Assembly (NCBI GenBank): GCA_025558095.1
Contig: JAIVFI010000011.1
Location: forward strand, 1 to 64,000
Length of the DNA: 64,000 nucleotides
Source: Hyaloraphidium curvatum SAG 235-1
Lineage: Eukaryota > Fungi > Monoblepharomycota
Direction of reading: 5' to 3'
Of the stretch, positions 9,719 through 21,987 are shown in pieces; within the stretch, counting starts at the first letter, position 1; every line of letters starts with the position of its first letter. The notes under the pieces are model-generated. The model was given only the letters and a program-made list of their open reading frames with translations. It ran no database searches and was not told the origin of the DNA. Position numbers and translations under genes: made by a program.

Positions 9719-11550
9719 ATGGAGGCGTCGCCGTGCCACCCCCTTGCGGGGAGCTCTCCGCACGGCGTGTGCCCGACGTGCCGCATCCCGCTGCGCCACC
9801 ACGGCCGGCGGTCCTCCGCGTCGTCGCTGTGGTTCGAGCCCGTCCCGCTGGCCGACCTCGCGCCGCCCGCGCGCCCCGCGTCGGCCGCGCCGCCCGCCCC
9901 GCCGCTGCCGCGCCCGCCCGCAGACGCCTTCGACATCCCGGCCGCGCTGCCCGTCGAGCTGGCGGCGCTCGTGTTCCGCTGGCTGCTGCCGACGGGCGGG
10001 CGCGGCGTGCGGGCACTGCTCGAGTGCGGCCTGGTCTGCCGCTGCTGGTACAGGAGGTCGCGCGACGAGGGCGTCTGGCGCGAAGCCTGGTGGGCTACCT
10101 CGTGCGCATCTGCGGGAATGCAGCTAATTCGGTCTGCTGTCGAACCCTCCGCTACGCCTTCTTTCTCGGCTCTCCGTGGGCCCGATCCGACTTCCATCCT
10201 GCGACTTCGTCCACGGCAGCCGACGGCTGTACCTCACCACCGACCTCACCCTCGCGCCCTTCCTGCTCTCCCCTCCCTTCCCCACGTCTTACCTCGCCCG
10301 TCAGCACCCCGACCTCCCCCTGCCCTCCCTCGCCCTCCTCCAGCACTACTCCCGCCGCCCCTTCCCCCACCCCCTCGCGCACTACGCCGCCCTCGCCCCG
10401 CACGTCCGCTCCCTCCTCACCGAGCGTGACGCGCGGCGCATCGTGCGCGCCCGGATCTGGGCCGGCTGGACGCCCGACGCCTGCCCCCCGACCCTCCTGG
10501 ACCCGTCCCCCGCCACGGACCCGGACGGCCCGGTGTCCCCGGCCACCCTGCACCTGCTCCACGCCACCCACCCCGCGTACCTCTCCCCCCTCCCGCCCTT
10601 CCTCTCCCCCTCGTTCCCCTCCCTCTGGCTCCTCTCCTACGCCGCGCACCTGCGCTCCCTGTCCATGCCCTTCCTGCGCCGCGCGGACGTCTCCAAGCTG
10701 CAGTGGCGCTTCTCGTTCCGCAACCCCGTGTGGTGGCGCCTCGGCGAGATGGAAGGCAGGAGCTGGGCGGTGTTTGGTGCCGAGGGCGGGTACAGGTCGG
10801 GCATGTTCGAGGAGGACGTGGAGCTGCGGTGGCGGTTCCTTGGGGACGACGAGGGGGAGTACGGCGAGGACGAGGCGGGCGGCGGCGAGCCCCGTTCGTG
10901 GCTTCCCTCGTTCGATCCCGCCGCCCCGGCGCAGAAGCGCAGGCCCGGGCCGTGGGGGACAGACCACCACGACCCGCATTTCGCGAGGGCACCCGGGGTC
11001 CGCGAACCGGCGGGGTTTTGGGCCGGTTCCCGCGCCGCCCGCGCGGTGCTCGCGCTGGGGAGCCTGCTGCTGACGGGCTCGGCGGATCCGGGGGCGGAGC
11101 GGGGGCCGAGGAGGAGGTGGGCGGGGAGGAGGAGGCGGTGGGTGCAGGTGGAGAGGTACCCGCCGCTTGAGGTGAGCAGGACGACGGAGGGGGGGTGGAG
11201 GATGGCCAACGCGTACGGTGGGTGGCACGCCGGCGCAGGATCCGAACTACGGTTCTGATCACGTATGCTCGATACCACCCACAGTCATCTTCGACTCGGT
11301 TGACACCAGCAAGCTCCTCCCTCTACCTCCCCCGCCCCCACCCCCTCCCGCCCCCGCGACGCCCCCAACGCCATCCCTCCTCCAACCCGCCCCCGACCCG
11401 CTCCTCGCCGCGGACCTCCCGCCCCCTGCGATCCCGCGGCCGGAGCCCAAGTACGTGTTCTGGGACGCGGACGAGGAGGGGGAGTGGCACCGGCTGGAGA
11501 GGATCGGGAGGGGGGAGGAGGGCGAGGCCGGGGTGGGGGTCGAGGCGTGA
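9719..11550 (+). CDS. F-box protein (multi-exon)
   Basis: LPVELAALVFRWL...LLECGLVCRCWYRRSRDEGVWR F-box motif; continues in ORF 10176-11258 and a final Pro-rich exon. Confidence 0.7.
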
Positions 11551-11737
11551 GGATCGCGAGGGCCGGACGGAGTTTCGGGGATGGGCGTTACAGGGGTAGG
11601 GTTCGTCTTTTGCTTTGCACGTGTAGGAGGGGGAAAGTAGTCGGATTCGCAGGGGACTTCAAGGCATGCCGGCGGAGCCCGAAGCAGGCACCCTCGCTCG
11701 TAGACGCTCCTGCCGAAGCTCCCGCAGCCCACCAACG

Positions 11738-12942
11738 ATGGCAGACGCGGCCAAACCCCTCAATTCACCGAATCCGAATGGCTCGCGATCGCCCAGTCGC
11801 CCCCCGCCGCCCCCGGCTAGGCGGGCGACCTCTTCGGCGGCGGCGACGCCGAGTTCCCCCGCCCGCCGCTGGACCGCGGCACGCTGCTTCGGGAGGTCGG
11901 CAGGCGCAGCAAGTTCCTGCTTTTCGAACTGCGCGTCAACCTCTTTGTCGGGCCGTGGGCGTCGAGGATCGCGGTCCGGGCCACGCTGTGGGCCGTGCCC
12001 TCGACCGTGGTGGTGCTATCCGCGCTCGCGTTCAACGACCTGCCCATGTCCTGCGACGACGTGCGCCGGCTCGCTGGTTGAAAGGGCTCCCCTGCAGTGT
12101 TTAGTCGGTGCCTTCGCAAGGGGCTTTCCCCTTACGGCGTGCTGCTTCTTCCTCCTCGCCACCCCGTTCCTGGTAAACTCCGGACCCTTTTGGAAGTCCT
12201 GGTGGGCCCTTGTGGGGGCACTTGCCATTCTCGGCGCCCTGGACCACGTGCCCATCAACATCGCGGGGTGTTTCTCGACCAACGCCGCGCTTCTGGGCCT
12301 GTCTCTGCGGATCCAGCGCCGCGCCATGTTCCTCGCACTCCGGAGCTTTCTGGATGGGTTCGACGCCGCGATCTTTGCGGGAGCCCCCGCCGAGGTGCAG
12401 GACCCCAGCCTCTACACCACCCTGCACTACCGCCTCGCCGCGGCGTGGGAGCGCCGCGTCCCGTTCCTCATCTCGGGGAGAACCATGCTCGCCTTCTCCT
12501 TCGCCGCCAACGCCGTCCCTCTCGTGGCCAACATCGCGGCGGGCGGGTGCGTGCCCGCCTATGTCGTGCTCGGCTTCGCCTTCATCCTGGCCATCGTCGT
12601 CTGGGACCTCGTCAACGTGGCGCTCTCCAACGAGCAGCTCGAGCGGATCACGGAGCTGTACCGGCAGGCACAAACCGAGATCCGCGACGCGCTGGTCCGC
12701 GCGCGGCGCGTCCCTCCAGACCCAGCGCGCGCGCCGCTGCTCGAGGCGCTGCGGGAGCACAACCGGCTGCTGGATTCGTTCAGGGAGGTCGCTGGGTTCC
12801 GCGGCAAGTTGCTCGGTTTCGTGGTGGACTTGGCGTGCTGCGCACGTTCCTCGCGACCGCCTTCACGATCGCCGTCGGGCTGTGGTCCGTCCTGCGCGGG
12901 TCGGTGTTCTTCACCCTGCATTCCATCTGCCCGACGCGATGA
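11738..12942 (+). pseudogene. Multi-TM protein resembling 7TM ion-channel/GRL/DUF3537 proteins, frame-disrupted as assembled
   Basis: Several TM helices; C-terminal GKLLGFVVD/GVLRTFLATAFTIAVGLWSVL; 37-nt intron 12061-12097; frame breaks in 11760-11825 and at ~12830. Confidence 0.55.
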
Positions 12943-13096
12943 GGGGCTGCGGGAGCGCGGCAGGGGAACGTCGGGGGGTAAGCAGTGGCACTGAGGACGC
13001 AGCGGAGGGCGGGAGTTGAGAAACGAAGGCCGCGGCCGGGCATGGAGGAGCCGTACGGCGCGAGCGGATTGCTTTTGAGGTCGAATACACGGCGAT

Positions 13097-13849
13097 CTAG
13101 AGCGGCTCCATCTTGAGCTGCTTCCGGGACTGTGGTTCGGAGGCGTCACCTCCGGCCCCTCGAGCTTCGCGGCAGTAACCCACGTATGCCGAGTCCAGCA
13201 TCTCGTTGACGTAGGTGATCTTGCCCTCCTTGTTGAGGTAGAAGAACCACTGCCGCGGGGAGGAGTCAGCGAGCGCTTGGGAACTCGGAGGAGAGATGAC
13301 ACGAACCATGTAATAGTTCTTCCATTCAGTTCCGTCGGCCCTGATGGCGTCCGATGCCGACTTCCACCATCGTCTTCGGTCAGCTCCTGTCCCTCTAGCA
13401 GCACGGCCCGTCCCACCTCGATGGCGACCTTGCTCCCGTCCGCGTTCACCACCGTGTCCAATATCTTCATCTCCAGGCTCTTGAACCCGTTCCGCATGAT
13501 GTTCTCCATCCCCTTGCGGTCGAAATTCGGGAACGGCAGGCTCTGCGCCGGCTCGAACTTGTATACCACCTCGTCGGCGACGTGGGACAGGGCGCGGTCG
13601 GGGTCCTTCTGGTAGTAGGTGAGCCATTCGTCTGCCGTGGGGAGGGTCAGAACAGGCGAACGGGGCGGGAAGGAGACCCACGGACGGCGGTGACGGCCTT
13701 CCTGCGGGCGCAGAGCGACGTGCGGGGGACGCGGGAGACAGAACGCGGACGCGGAGGGCGGTTGGGGGAGGGGGGGGGAGGGGGGGGGGATACGGTCAGG
13801 GCGCGCGCGCAAAAGCCGGGAAAGAACACGATGCGCACTCGGCGGCCAT
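13097..13849 (-). CDS. SnoaL/NTF2-like domain protein (5 exons)
   Basis: Spliced MAAEKAVTAVHEWL...VADEVVY...DGSKVAIE...DGTEWKNYYMWFFYLNKEGKITYVNEMLDS. Confidence 0.8.
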
Positions 13850-14275
13850 GGCGGTAGTCGTTTGCCGGGAATGCGGTGGGCAGGTCGGGTGCGTAGACGC
13901 GGTTCTGGCGGCGTGCCCGAACCGAGCGACAAGCGAGGAGTCCCCACCCGGACGCGAACGACGACTAGCACCGCGAGATCGAGCTAAGAAATCAAATATT
14001 CATCTCATTGCAAATGAGGCGAACCCCCAAGGAAGGGTTGGTCACCCAGTCGACGGGTGACGCAGCGCCCGCTGGGTCGCGACTCGGCCGGGAACAGCCA
14101 AACTGCACATGCCGACGCCCGCCTGACGAGATCGGTGCGCCATCATGTCAACTGATATTCGCTTATCTTATTGTGAGCGGTCGCCAGGCAGGCCGGATCC
14201 TCAATGGGGTCGTGCCTGACGAAATCGCGGACCAGCGCAGGGACGGCAAAACCTTGCCGGGTCCCCTCCCCGACC

Positions 14276-15547
14276 ATGCTCCGCCTCCGGGCCGTCACGA
14301 CGGCGGCTCTACTCGTGCTCGCCATGTTCATTTGGCTTGCGCCGGAACCCCCGCCGCGGCCGGGGTCGGCCGGGGCCGCCGGCGGGGGTCTGTGCGCGGC
14401 CGCGCGGTTCGGCGCGTGCAACCCGCATCTCGCGCTGCCGGGGGAGCCGCCCGACGCGGCGCTGGCGGCCGAGTGCGCGGCGCTCCACGGCCCGCCGAAG
14501 AGCCGCCTCGTGGTCGGGCTGCCCAGCGGCGGCCTGGCGGACTCGTGGCGCGGTTACGCCGCCGCGTTCTACGTCGCGCTGCTGACCGGCGCGAGACTTC
14601 GGCTGGGCACGTTTGCGAGCGCCTCGCTGGCGTGGGCGTACCACTCCAAAGTGCCAGGCGTTTTCTCCGACGGCGACCCGGCGGACTTCTACGCGGAGCT
14701 GGCGCGGATCGCCGCCGCAAACGACTCTGTCCGCTTCGACTCCAGCTCGCCCGCACCGACCGTGCCGGACTACGCGGGCGACCTGCTCGCCGCCTTTACC
14801 GGGCACTCCACGGTGCTGCTCAAGACGAACAAGGGCGCCGCGAACGCCCTCTGGCGCAACCCGCGGTACCGCCGCGTGCTCGAGCGGCTGGGCCTCACCC
14901 GCGAATCCATGTTCGCCTGCGCGCACGATCGGCTCGTCGGCGCACCCCGCCCCGAGGCCCTGGCCCCGCACGCCGCCGAGCTCGCCGTGCTCACCGACCC
15001 CAACGTGTTCACGATCGGCGTGCACATCCGGCTCCACGACCGCGGCTTCGTCGGCGGGGAGCCCGACCTGCCCCGGAGCGGGGACAACCTGACCGGGCAC
15101 CACATCACGGGCCCGTACCTGCGCTGCGCCTCCGAACTGGCTTCCTCGCTAGGCCGGCCCCCCGACACCGTGCGGACGTACCTTGCCAGCTCCTCCGTCG
15201 CCCTTCGCCGCCTCGTCGCCGAGCAGCTCGCCCCCCGCATCCTGGTCTCCACCTCCGTCCCCGTGCAGCACACCAACCCGGGCTTCAGATTTGCCTCCCG
15301 TCGCAACCTGACCGCGCCGCTGTCCCAGGAAGGCGTCCGTGCCGCGGCCGCCGAGATGCACCTCCTTTCCCTGTGCGATGCGCTGGTGATCGGCGAGCGG
15401 GGCTTCGGGAGGATGGCAGCGGCGATGCAGATTGCGCCGGGGGGCAAGGTGAGGCCTGCGTTCTTCGCGGAAGGCGAGGGCACGAGGTGCCGGATCGGGG
15501 ATGCGGCGGGGTACGACGAGGTGGCCGCGGGGAACTACGGGCTGTAG
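14276..15547 (+). CDS. Type II membrane fucosyltransferase-like protein (GT23/GT37/GT11 superfamily motifs), intronless
   Basis: N-terminal TM; GGLADSWRG..AFYVALLTG, IGVHIR, YLASSS, AAAEMHLLSLCD..GFGRMAA motifs. Confidence 0.8.
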   Translation: MLRLRAVTTAALLVLAMFIWLAPEPPPRPGSAGAAGGGLCAAARFGACNPHLALPGEPPDAALAAECAALHGPPKSRLVVGLPSGGLADSWRGYAAAFYVALLTGARLRLGTFASASLAWAYHSKVPGVFSDGDPADFYAELARIAAANDSVRFDSSSPAPTVPDYAGDLLAAFTGHSTVLLKTNKGAANALWRNPRYRRVLERLGLTRESMFACAHDRLVGAPRPEALAPHAAELAVLTDPNVFTIGVHIRLHDRGFVGGEPDLPRSGDNLTGHHITGPYLRCASELASSLGRPPDTVRTYLASSSVALRRLVAEQLAPRILVSTSVPVQHTNPGFRFASRRNLTAPLSQEGVRAAAAEMHLLSLCDALVIGERGFGRMAAAMQIAPGGKVRPAFFAEGEGTRCRIGDAAGYDEVAAGNYGL

Positions 15548-15824
15548 GGCCGCACGGGCAATGCATGATGATGGCATCCTACTCAATCGGGATGCTGTGG
15601 GACGAGCCGCGATCCGTTGTTCATGCCATGCAGCAACCCGGCCGCGCGGAAGCCCGGCGCCCCGTCATCGTTCGAGTCGTTCGCCCGTGCGCGGTTTCCC
15701 GACCGCTTATTTTGAACCCAGCGGCCAATCCAAGGCCAATAACGACCATTCGGCCCCGCCGAAAGTTGCCAGCGAGGCTCAGACCACGGGGCGCCGGGCG
15801 GGGCGAGTGGCCGTGGACATCGGC

Positions 15825-16316
15825 ATGGAGTCCGAAGACAAGCCCTGCGCCGACCGGCTGGGGGAGAACTCCTCCGCAAAGGACGAGGAGCCCTTCTTCG
15901 AGTACGGACGCATCATGACTGCTGAGGCCGCAACTCTGCAGGCGCGGGCGGAACCGGGACGGGGCAGGAGGCGCCTCGGCGCACGGGCGCCAGAGCAGCC
16001 CGCGGCGCGCGGCGACGGTTTCGGCCGCAATTGGTGGCACATCGCGATCGCAGCTGCTACCTGCCTCTTTGCCCTTGCCCGTTTCGCCCGGAGCGTGCGC
16101 CAGTTTGCTTCCGCGTGGCCCTCGGCCGGGCGGTCCGAGCGCGCGGATGCGGCATCGACCGTCGGCTTCGAGGCGTGCTGGTACCTCTTCGCCTTCGTTT
16201 CGGCTCTGCGCACGGAACTTCCCCTCCCGGGCTTCCTCTTCCTGGCGGTTATGCTCGTCACCTGCGAGTTGTTCGGACTGATCGTCGGAGGTTGCGTCTA
16301 TTGGCTCGCGGAGTGA
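15825..16316 (+). CDS. Hypothetical small membrane protein
   Basis: ORF with three hydrophobic segments near the C-terminus. Confidence 0.45.
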   Translation: MESEDKPCADRLGENSSAKDEEPFFEYGRIMTAEAATLQARAEPGRGRRRLGARAPEQPAARGDGFGRNWWHIAIAAATCLFALARFARSVRQFASAWPSAGRSERADAASTVGFEACWYLFAFVSALRTELPLPGFLFLAVMLVTCELFGLIVGGCVYWLAE

Positions 16317-16415
16317 TACGTTTCCTTCAGTTGCTTCTTGTGGGCAAGGACGGCAGGAACCATTGAGCGGAGGAAACCGGATGACCGTTGTTTCGATACA
16401 AGCACGAATTCGACT

Positions 16416-19400
16416 TCAATCATCCACCACCTGGGACAGGATCCAACTGTTCACGCTGATCTTCATGACCTCGCCGCCGATGCCCACGGCGACGAAAAAC
16501 TCCTTGTACGGCGACTTGCAAGCGTCCCCGAACCCCCTGCACAGCCCGACCGCTGCGAGCGCGCCGTCAGCACAGTACGCACTCCGAACGCGCCATGCAG
16601 GGAGACCCACGCTGCGCGATGAAGTTGCCCGTCACCTGCACCTTGCTCCACTTCTTGTTCTCGGGCCCCAGGACGTCCGGCGGGGCGTCGATCAGGTACG
16701 GCAGGCCGACGCTGTCGAGGACGAGGTGGCCAACGGCCGAGACGGCCTCCATGGGCTTCTTGAGGTTGCCCGCGCCGAGCTGCCCTAGGATTGCCTACGG
16801 AAGACGGAGCATTAGGTCACCGCCATTATGATTAAGGCGCTCATAGGGAGGGCCTACCGGCATCACGATGCCAAAGACCTTCCAGGACGTCTGCGCGATG
16901 CTGATGGACATGAGCGGGTGCCCCAGCTTGGGCGTGACCCCGTAGTTCGCGTTCCCTCCCAGCTTGTTGGCGATGAAGATGAGCGCCGGCAGCGGCATCA
17001 TCGAGACCACCTTGGCGACCTTCCACGCCGCCATCAGCAGGCCCTTCTTGGCCACGTAGGCGTCTGCCTTCTCGGTCTGGTCCCCGACGTACTCCACGAC
17101 GGGGGAGAGGTACGAGAAGATGGTCCCCAGGACGCCGGAAAAGACGAGCAGCAGGGCTCCCAGGGTCGTGCCGGCCGCGATGAGCGCGTCGTCCCTCGAG
17201 CGGCGCACGAGCGCCCGGCCGGTGCCGGGGATCAGCGCGCCGACGACGGCGTCGGCCATGGCGGTGCCGTTGACCGTCATCCTCGGCAGCGCCTTGATCC
17301 CGCCCGTGGCGACGAGGCTGGAGAAGGAGGTGAGGATGGCGCCGACGATGCTCAGGGCGGCGGCAAAGTTGAGGCGGAGCCCGGTGATGGTGCGGAAGAT
17401 GTCCGAGATCCAGGGGATGCGGAGCTCGCCGTTGAACAGGGAGCCCATGATGTCGACGAGCGGGGCGAGGAAGTTGTCGACGAAAAAGTCCACGAGCTCG
17501 GCGGCGCAGTCGAAGAAGCCGCGCGAGACGGCGGCGAGCACGGTGCCCATGGTCTCGATGATCGATGCCAGGTCGAGCTTCATCGTCAGGATCCTCTCCC
17601 TGGCGACGACTGTCAGCGCGGGCAGACGATCGAGGCACCCAACGCACATCACGTTGATTCCGGCGTCCGAAAGGGTCTTGACGCACGGCACATTCTGGAG
17701 AAACGCCGTCGCCTTGGACGCCAGCCTGTCGAGCCTCCGCAGCGCCGAATCCACCGCCGACAACATCGCGCCCTGCATCACTTCGAACACCTTGGCGAGC
17801 ACCTTGAGCACCACGTGCAGCACGTACGACGCCGCGCTGTTGAGCCCCCTGACACCCGGCACCGACGACAAGGATGGGTTGAACCCGGACTCGCGGACCA
17901 GCGTGGCGAACTGCCGCGAGCCGGCCTCGACGCTGAAGCCCGCGGTGTCGCCGAGGTTCTCGAGGACGTCGCCGACGGCGCCGCCGAGGAGCTGCATAGT
18001 ACGGCGGGTGAACGAGGGGAGGATATCTAAGCTGCGAGGGGCGAGGCGGCAACAGTCAGCGCCGGTCTCGAGAAGCAAGCAGATCAGGGCAACCCACTAG
18101 CCCTGGATGACGCGTGCGTTGCCAAAAATAGCCTGGAGGATCCCCGAGAGGAGCATCTTGAGGAACTCGATGACTGCGGACCCCGATCAGCTTCCCTCGG
18201 CGCCCGTCTCCTGACCGTTGTTGGACCCACCAGTCTCGATGGCCTTGACCACCTGCAGCACCACCCCTTCCACCGCCCTCGCCACCTGCCGCATGCTCCT
18301 GCACGCCGCCGCGTACAGCTGGTCCCCGATCTTGACCACCACCGCCACCCCCTTCGCGATCCCCTGCCCGACCTCCTGCACCGACACCTGCGCGGCGTCC
18401 TTGGCGTCGCGCGCGGCGGAGCGGATGCCGTCGGCGGTGACGTAGTACGCCGTCTTGACGCCAGACATGACGGCGGAGGAGAGGGAGGAGCCGAGGTCCT
18501 CGGCGCCGCGGACGACGGCGTTGGTCACCCCGTTCTGGGGAAGGGGAGGATCAGCGGTGCCGCAGCCGTCGGGATTCGCGAGAACGACGCACGGTGACGT
18601 AGCTCACGGCGTCCTTGCCGAGCCTGATCCCGTCCACGATGGGCTTGGCGATCGCGTTGCCGATGTCTTCGGCGCAGTCCTTGGGGTCCGAGACGCAGTC
18701 CACGCCCCCCTCGATGGCGTCCCCGACGGGACCCCAGCGCTTGGCCAGCCGCCGGTGCTGCTCCTCGCGCTCGTCGCGTACCAGCAGGGAAGCCAGCGTG
18801 AGCACGCGGGCGAACTCGTTGTCCCCGAACCCGTCCTCGGCGTCGAGATCCCTGCGCGCCAACCGCCCTCCCGTCCCGCGATGCACCCTTGCGGCCTCGA
18901 GCGCCCTCAGGAACGGGGAAACCAGCGTGATCCGCGCCATGTCGGCGATCGGGCGGACCTGCTGCGCCACCCTGTTTGCCTCGGCGCGGCTGACGGGCGC
19001 CCGCCTCGAGTCGCTGGATTGGGAGAGCGCGGCGGGGTCGACGAGCTTCTCGCGCATCATCCTCTCGTCGGGGCTGAAGATGAAGATGCGGCGGGGGGAA
19101 GGGCCGCCGCCGCCGGGGCGCGTTTCCCCGTCCTCCGAGGGCCAGGCTGGGCGTGTCGCGGGGCAGCGTCAATCAGGCCATCCAGACGTACGCCGAAGGC
19201 GGACGACCCACCGACGATGGGGATCGACGAGATCGACTCCCTCTGGACGGGCACGTGGATGACCACGGAGCCGGTCGCGTCCGTCTCGAGCCGGAGCACC
19301 TGCGTGGCCGGCCTGTACTCGTCCAGGTACTCCTTTGCCCGCGTGCTGGGCGCGAACCGGAACCGCCTCTCGTTCCCGTCGTCGTCGATGTAGTACACGT

Positions 19401-19869
19401 CGGCGCGTTCGCGGTCGTCCCCGGGCTCGAAGTATGCCGTGAGCGAGACCGGCACCCCCGCGGCGGCGGCCCTGCCGGCGGCCACAAGGAGGGTGAGGGT
19501 CAGCCTGAACGCCGTGCGCCGGCGGCTCCCGAACTCAGAGAGCTCCGAGTCGCCGACGATGGCGGGGAAGTCCCTCTCTGCGACGAGCGAGTTCTCGCCG
19601 GCGACCGAGTTGCGCGTGCGGAAGCCGCGGGCGACCGAGTCCCAGTGGTTGGCGTAGCGCAGCAGCCCGCCGCCCCAGTCGGTCGGGTCGGCCGGCCACG
19701 TTTCCTGGGCCTTCTGGACCGCCTGCGCCGCGGCGCGGATGCGGGCGAGCGCGGCGCGGATGCCCGACGTGCCGAGGGACCGGCGCTGCGTGCCGTTGAT
19801 CGCGCGGCCCGCCGCCGCGCCGGCCAGCGCGAGCACCGCAAGGAGGATGAATAGCAAGCGGGAACGCAT
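16416..19869 (-). CDS. Large secreted multi-exon protein with amphipathic helices and hydrophobic C-terminus
   Basis: Signal peptide MRSRLLFILLAVLALAGAAAG; ORFs 19057-19869, 18551-19060, 18187-18528, 16795-18078, 16567-16752 and 16416-16610 separated by short GT-AG introns. Confidence 0.75.
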
Positions 19870-20670
19870 GCCGGGCGGAGGAGGAGGCCGCGGGCGGCCG
19901 CGGACGGCGGATCCGGGAGAGCCCTTGCGCGGGCGGGACCCGTCGAACTCCCGCGCCCGTCCCTCGCGCAGGGGACGTCAGCATCGCACGCCGATAGGCG
20001 GCCATCCCGGGGAAAAGCGCCGCCGCCATCCAGATTTGACAGGCATCTTTCCCTGCCCGGGGGCCCTCGCCGATCCACGATGGGCGCCCGCTTCCAAGAT
20101 CGCGAGTTGCGGAGAAATTGCCGGCAGCACAGGCTGCTCATGCAGAACTCGGACACGCCCGATTTCATTCGGAAATCCGTCTTTCCATTGCTCGAGCATC
20201 ATGCCTCTGAGCTTGTTCCTGAAAGCAATACCCCTCGGCGTTGTCATGGATGCCGTGCACGGAGGAGGCGGACGCGGAGGGGGCGCTGCAGCTGCTTGCG
20301 GAGGCGCCGAACCGCGCGGCGGGGCAGGAGGGCGGGGGCCCGTCGACGGGGCGTGCGGCGGAGAGGGCGCGGGGGATGGGGGGGCCGTGGGCGGCCGCGT
20401 GGGAGGGGTACGAGGAGAAGCTGAAGCGGGGGCTGTAGGTTCGGAGAAGCATGTCCCGGACGGCTCTTCGCATTACCTAGCCGGACAAGGACGGCGGTGG
20501 ATTGATCGCCGGTCGGCTCGCAAACCGATTCCGACTGGGCGGGTGCGCCTCCTCCCCCACCCGGCGGCAAGCCCTTTCCGGCATCCGCCCGGCCCGGCCT
20601 TCCGTCTCCCTCCCACATCCCGCCCCCCACTCACCGCCTCCCTCCCTCATTCCCACCCCATCGCGCCGCC

Positions 20671-21715
20671 ATGTCCCAGCGCGTCGAACAGGTCGCCGGG
20701 CACCTCGCCCCCCGCCTCACCAAGCTCTCGCGGTCGGTCGAGGGCCGGGTCGCCGTCGTGACGGGCGCCGCATCGGGGATGGGCAGGGCCACGGCGTTCC
20801 TGTTTGCGGACGAGGGCGCCAGGGTCGCCGTCGTCGACCTGACCAAGGACGGGGTCGACGCCGTCGTGGCGGAGATCGAGGGGCGGTACCCGGGGCGGAG
20901 CCACGGATGGGTGTGCGACGTCGGTGGGGAGCGCGTCGGGCGGCAATGAATTGGGAGGGGGCCTGACCGCGTGTCCGGGCAGCGAACCACGACAGGATCA
21001 AGCAGGTGGTCAGGGAGGTCGCGGAGCGGTTCGGCGGCATCGACATCGTGGGTCCCCGTTCCCGGCTGCCCGAACCCCGTTCTGACGACCGGAACCCCGT
21101 CCCACGGGATCCAACCCGCTCCCTCACCGCCTCCGACGCCAGATCGTGAACAACGCCGGCGTCGGCGGCGGCCGCATGCCCATGCGGGACGGTCCCGCCG
21201 GCGAGGACGAGGCCGAGCGGGTGTGGAGCCTGACGATGGACGTCAACATCACCGCGCACCAGCGCATCATCCGCGCCGCCATGCCGTACCTGCTCAAGTC
21301 GTCCAGCCCGCGGATCGTCAACATCGCGTCGACCGAGGCGGTGGTCGCGACCCCCGCGCTGGCGGCCTACACGGCGGCAAAGACGGCCGTGCTGGGGCTG
21401 ACGCGGTCGCTGGCGGTGGAGCTCGGGCCGACGGGGATCACGGTCAATGCGGTGTGCCCCGGGCCCATCAGGACGGGGATGACGGCGAGGATCAGCGACG
21501 AGCTCAAGGACGTGTACGCCAAACGGAGGGTCCCGCTGCGGAGGTGGGTTGCCGCGGGCAGGGGTGCCGGGATCCAGCTGACGGCCAGCACGGACAGGTA
21601 CGGGGAGCCCGAGGAGGTGGCGCAGATGACGCTCAACCTGTGCCTGCCGGCGTCGTCGTTCGTCAACGGGGCCACCGTCATTGTCGACGGCGGCATGACG
21701 GTCCGCCACACCTGA
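20671..21715 (+). CDS. Short-chain dehydrogenase/reductase
   Basis: TGAASGMG, NNAG, YTAAK, VNAVCPG motifs; three introns. Confidence 0.93.
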
Positions 21716-21987
21716 TCTGGCCACTCGCTGGTTGTTCCAGGTGCTTTCACTACACCAACGGTGCGATGACTTGAATGTCACGTGCCGAGAGCTCCTGGCC
21801 ATCTCCAAACCCAACATCCATCCCAATCCATCCTCTCCAACCTGCCTGTCGTCTCAACGGATGCCAAATCCCCGCTTTGTGAGGGGGTGGTTCCCCGGAT
21901 CCGTGTTTGGTCCCGCGCGCACGCGACGTCCGCGCCCGGCCAACCGCCCCGAATCCCCAGCAGCACCCCGCCCTCACCCCCGCGGAA

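Noticed and set aside
13760-13790. Long poly-G runs (G-quadruplex-like)
   Set aside because: On the sense strand this is a C-rich tract inside intron 1 of the SnoaL-like gene
20080-20438. Coding-like fragment ending GMGGPWAAAWEGYEEKLKRGL*
   Set aside because: Possibly a decayed gene tail, but no consistent frame, start or family could be established
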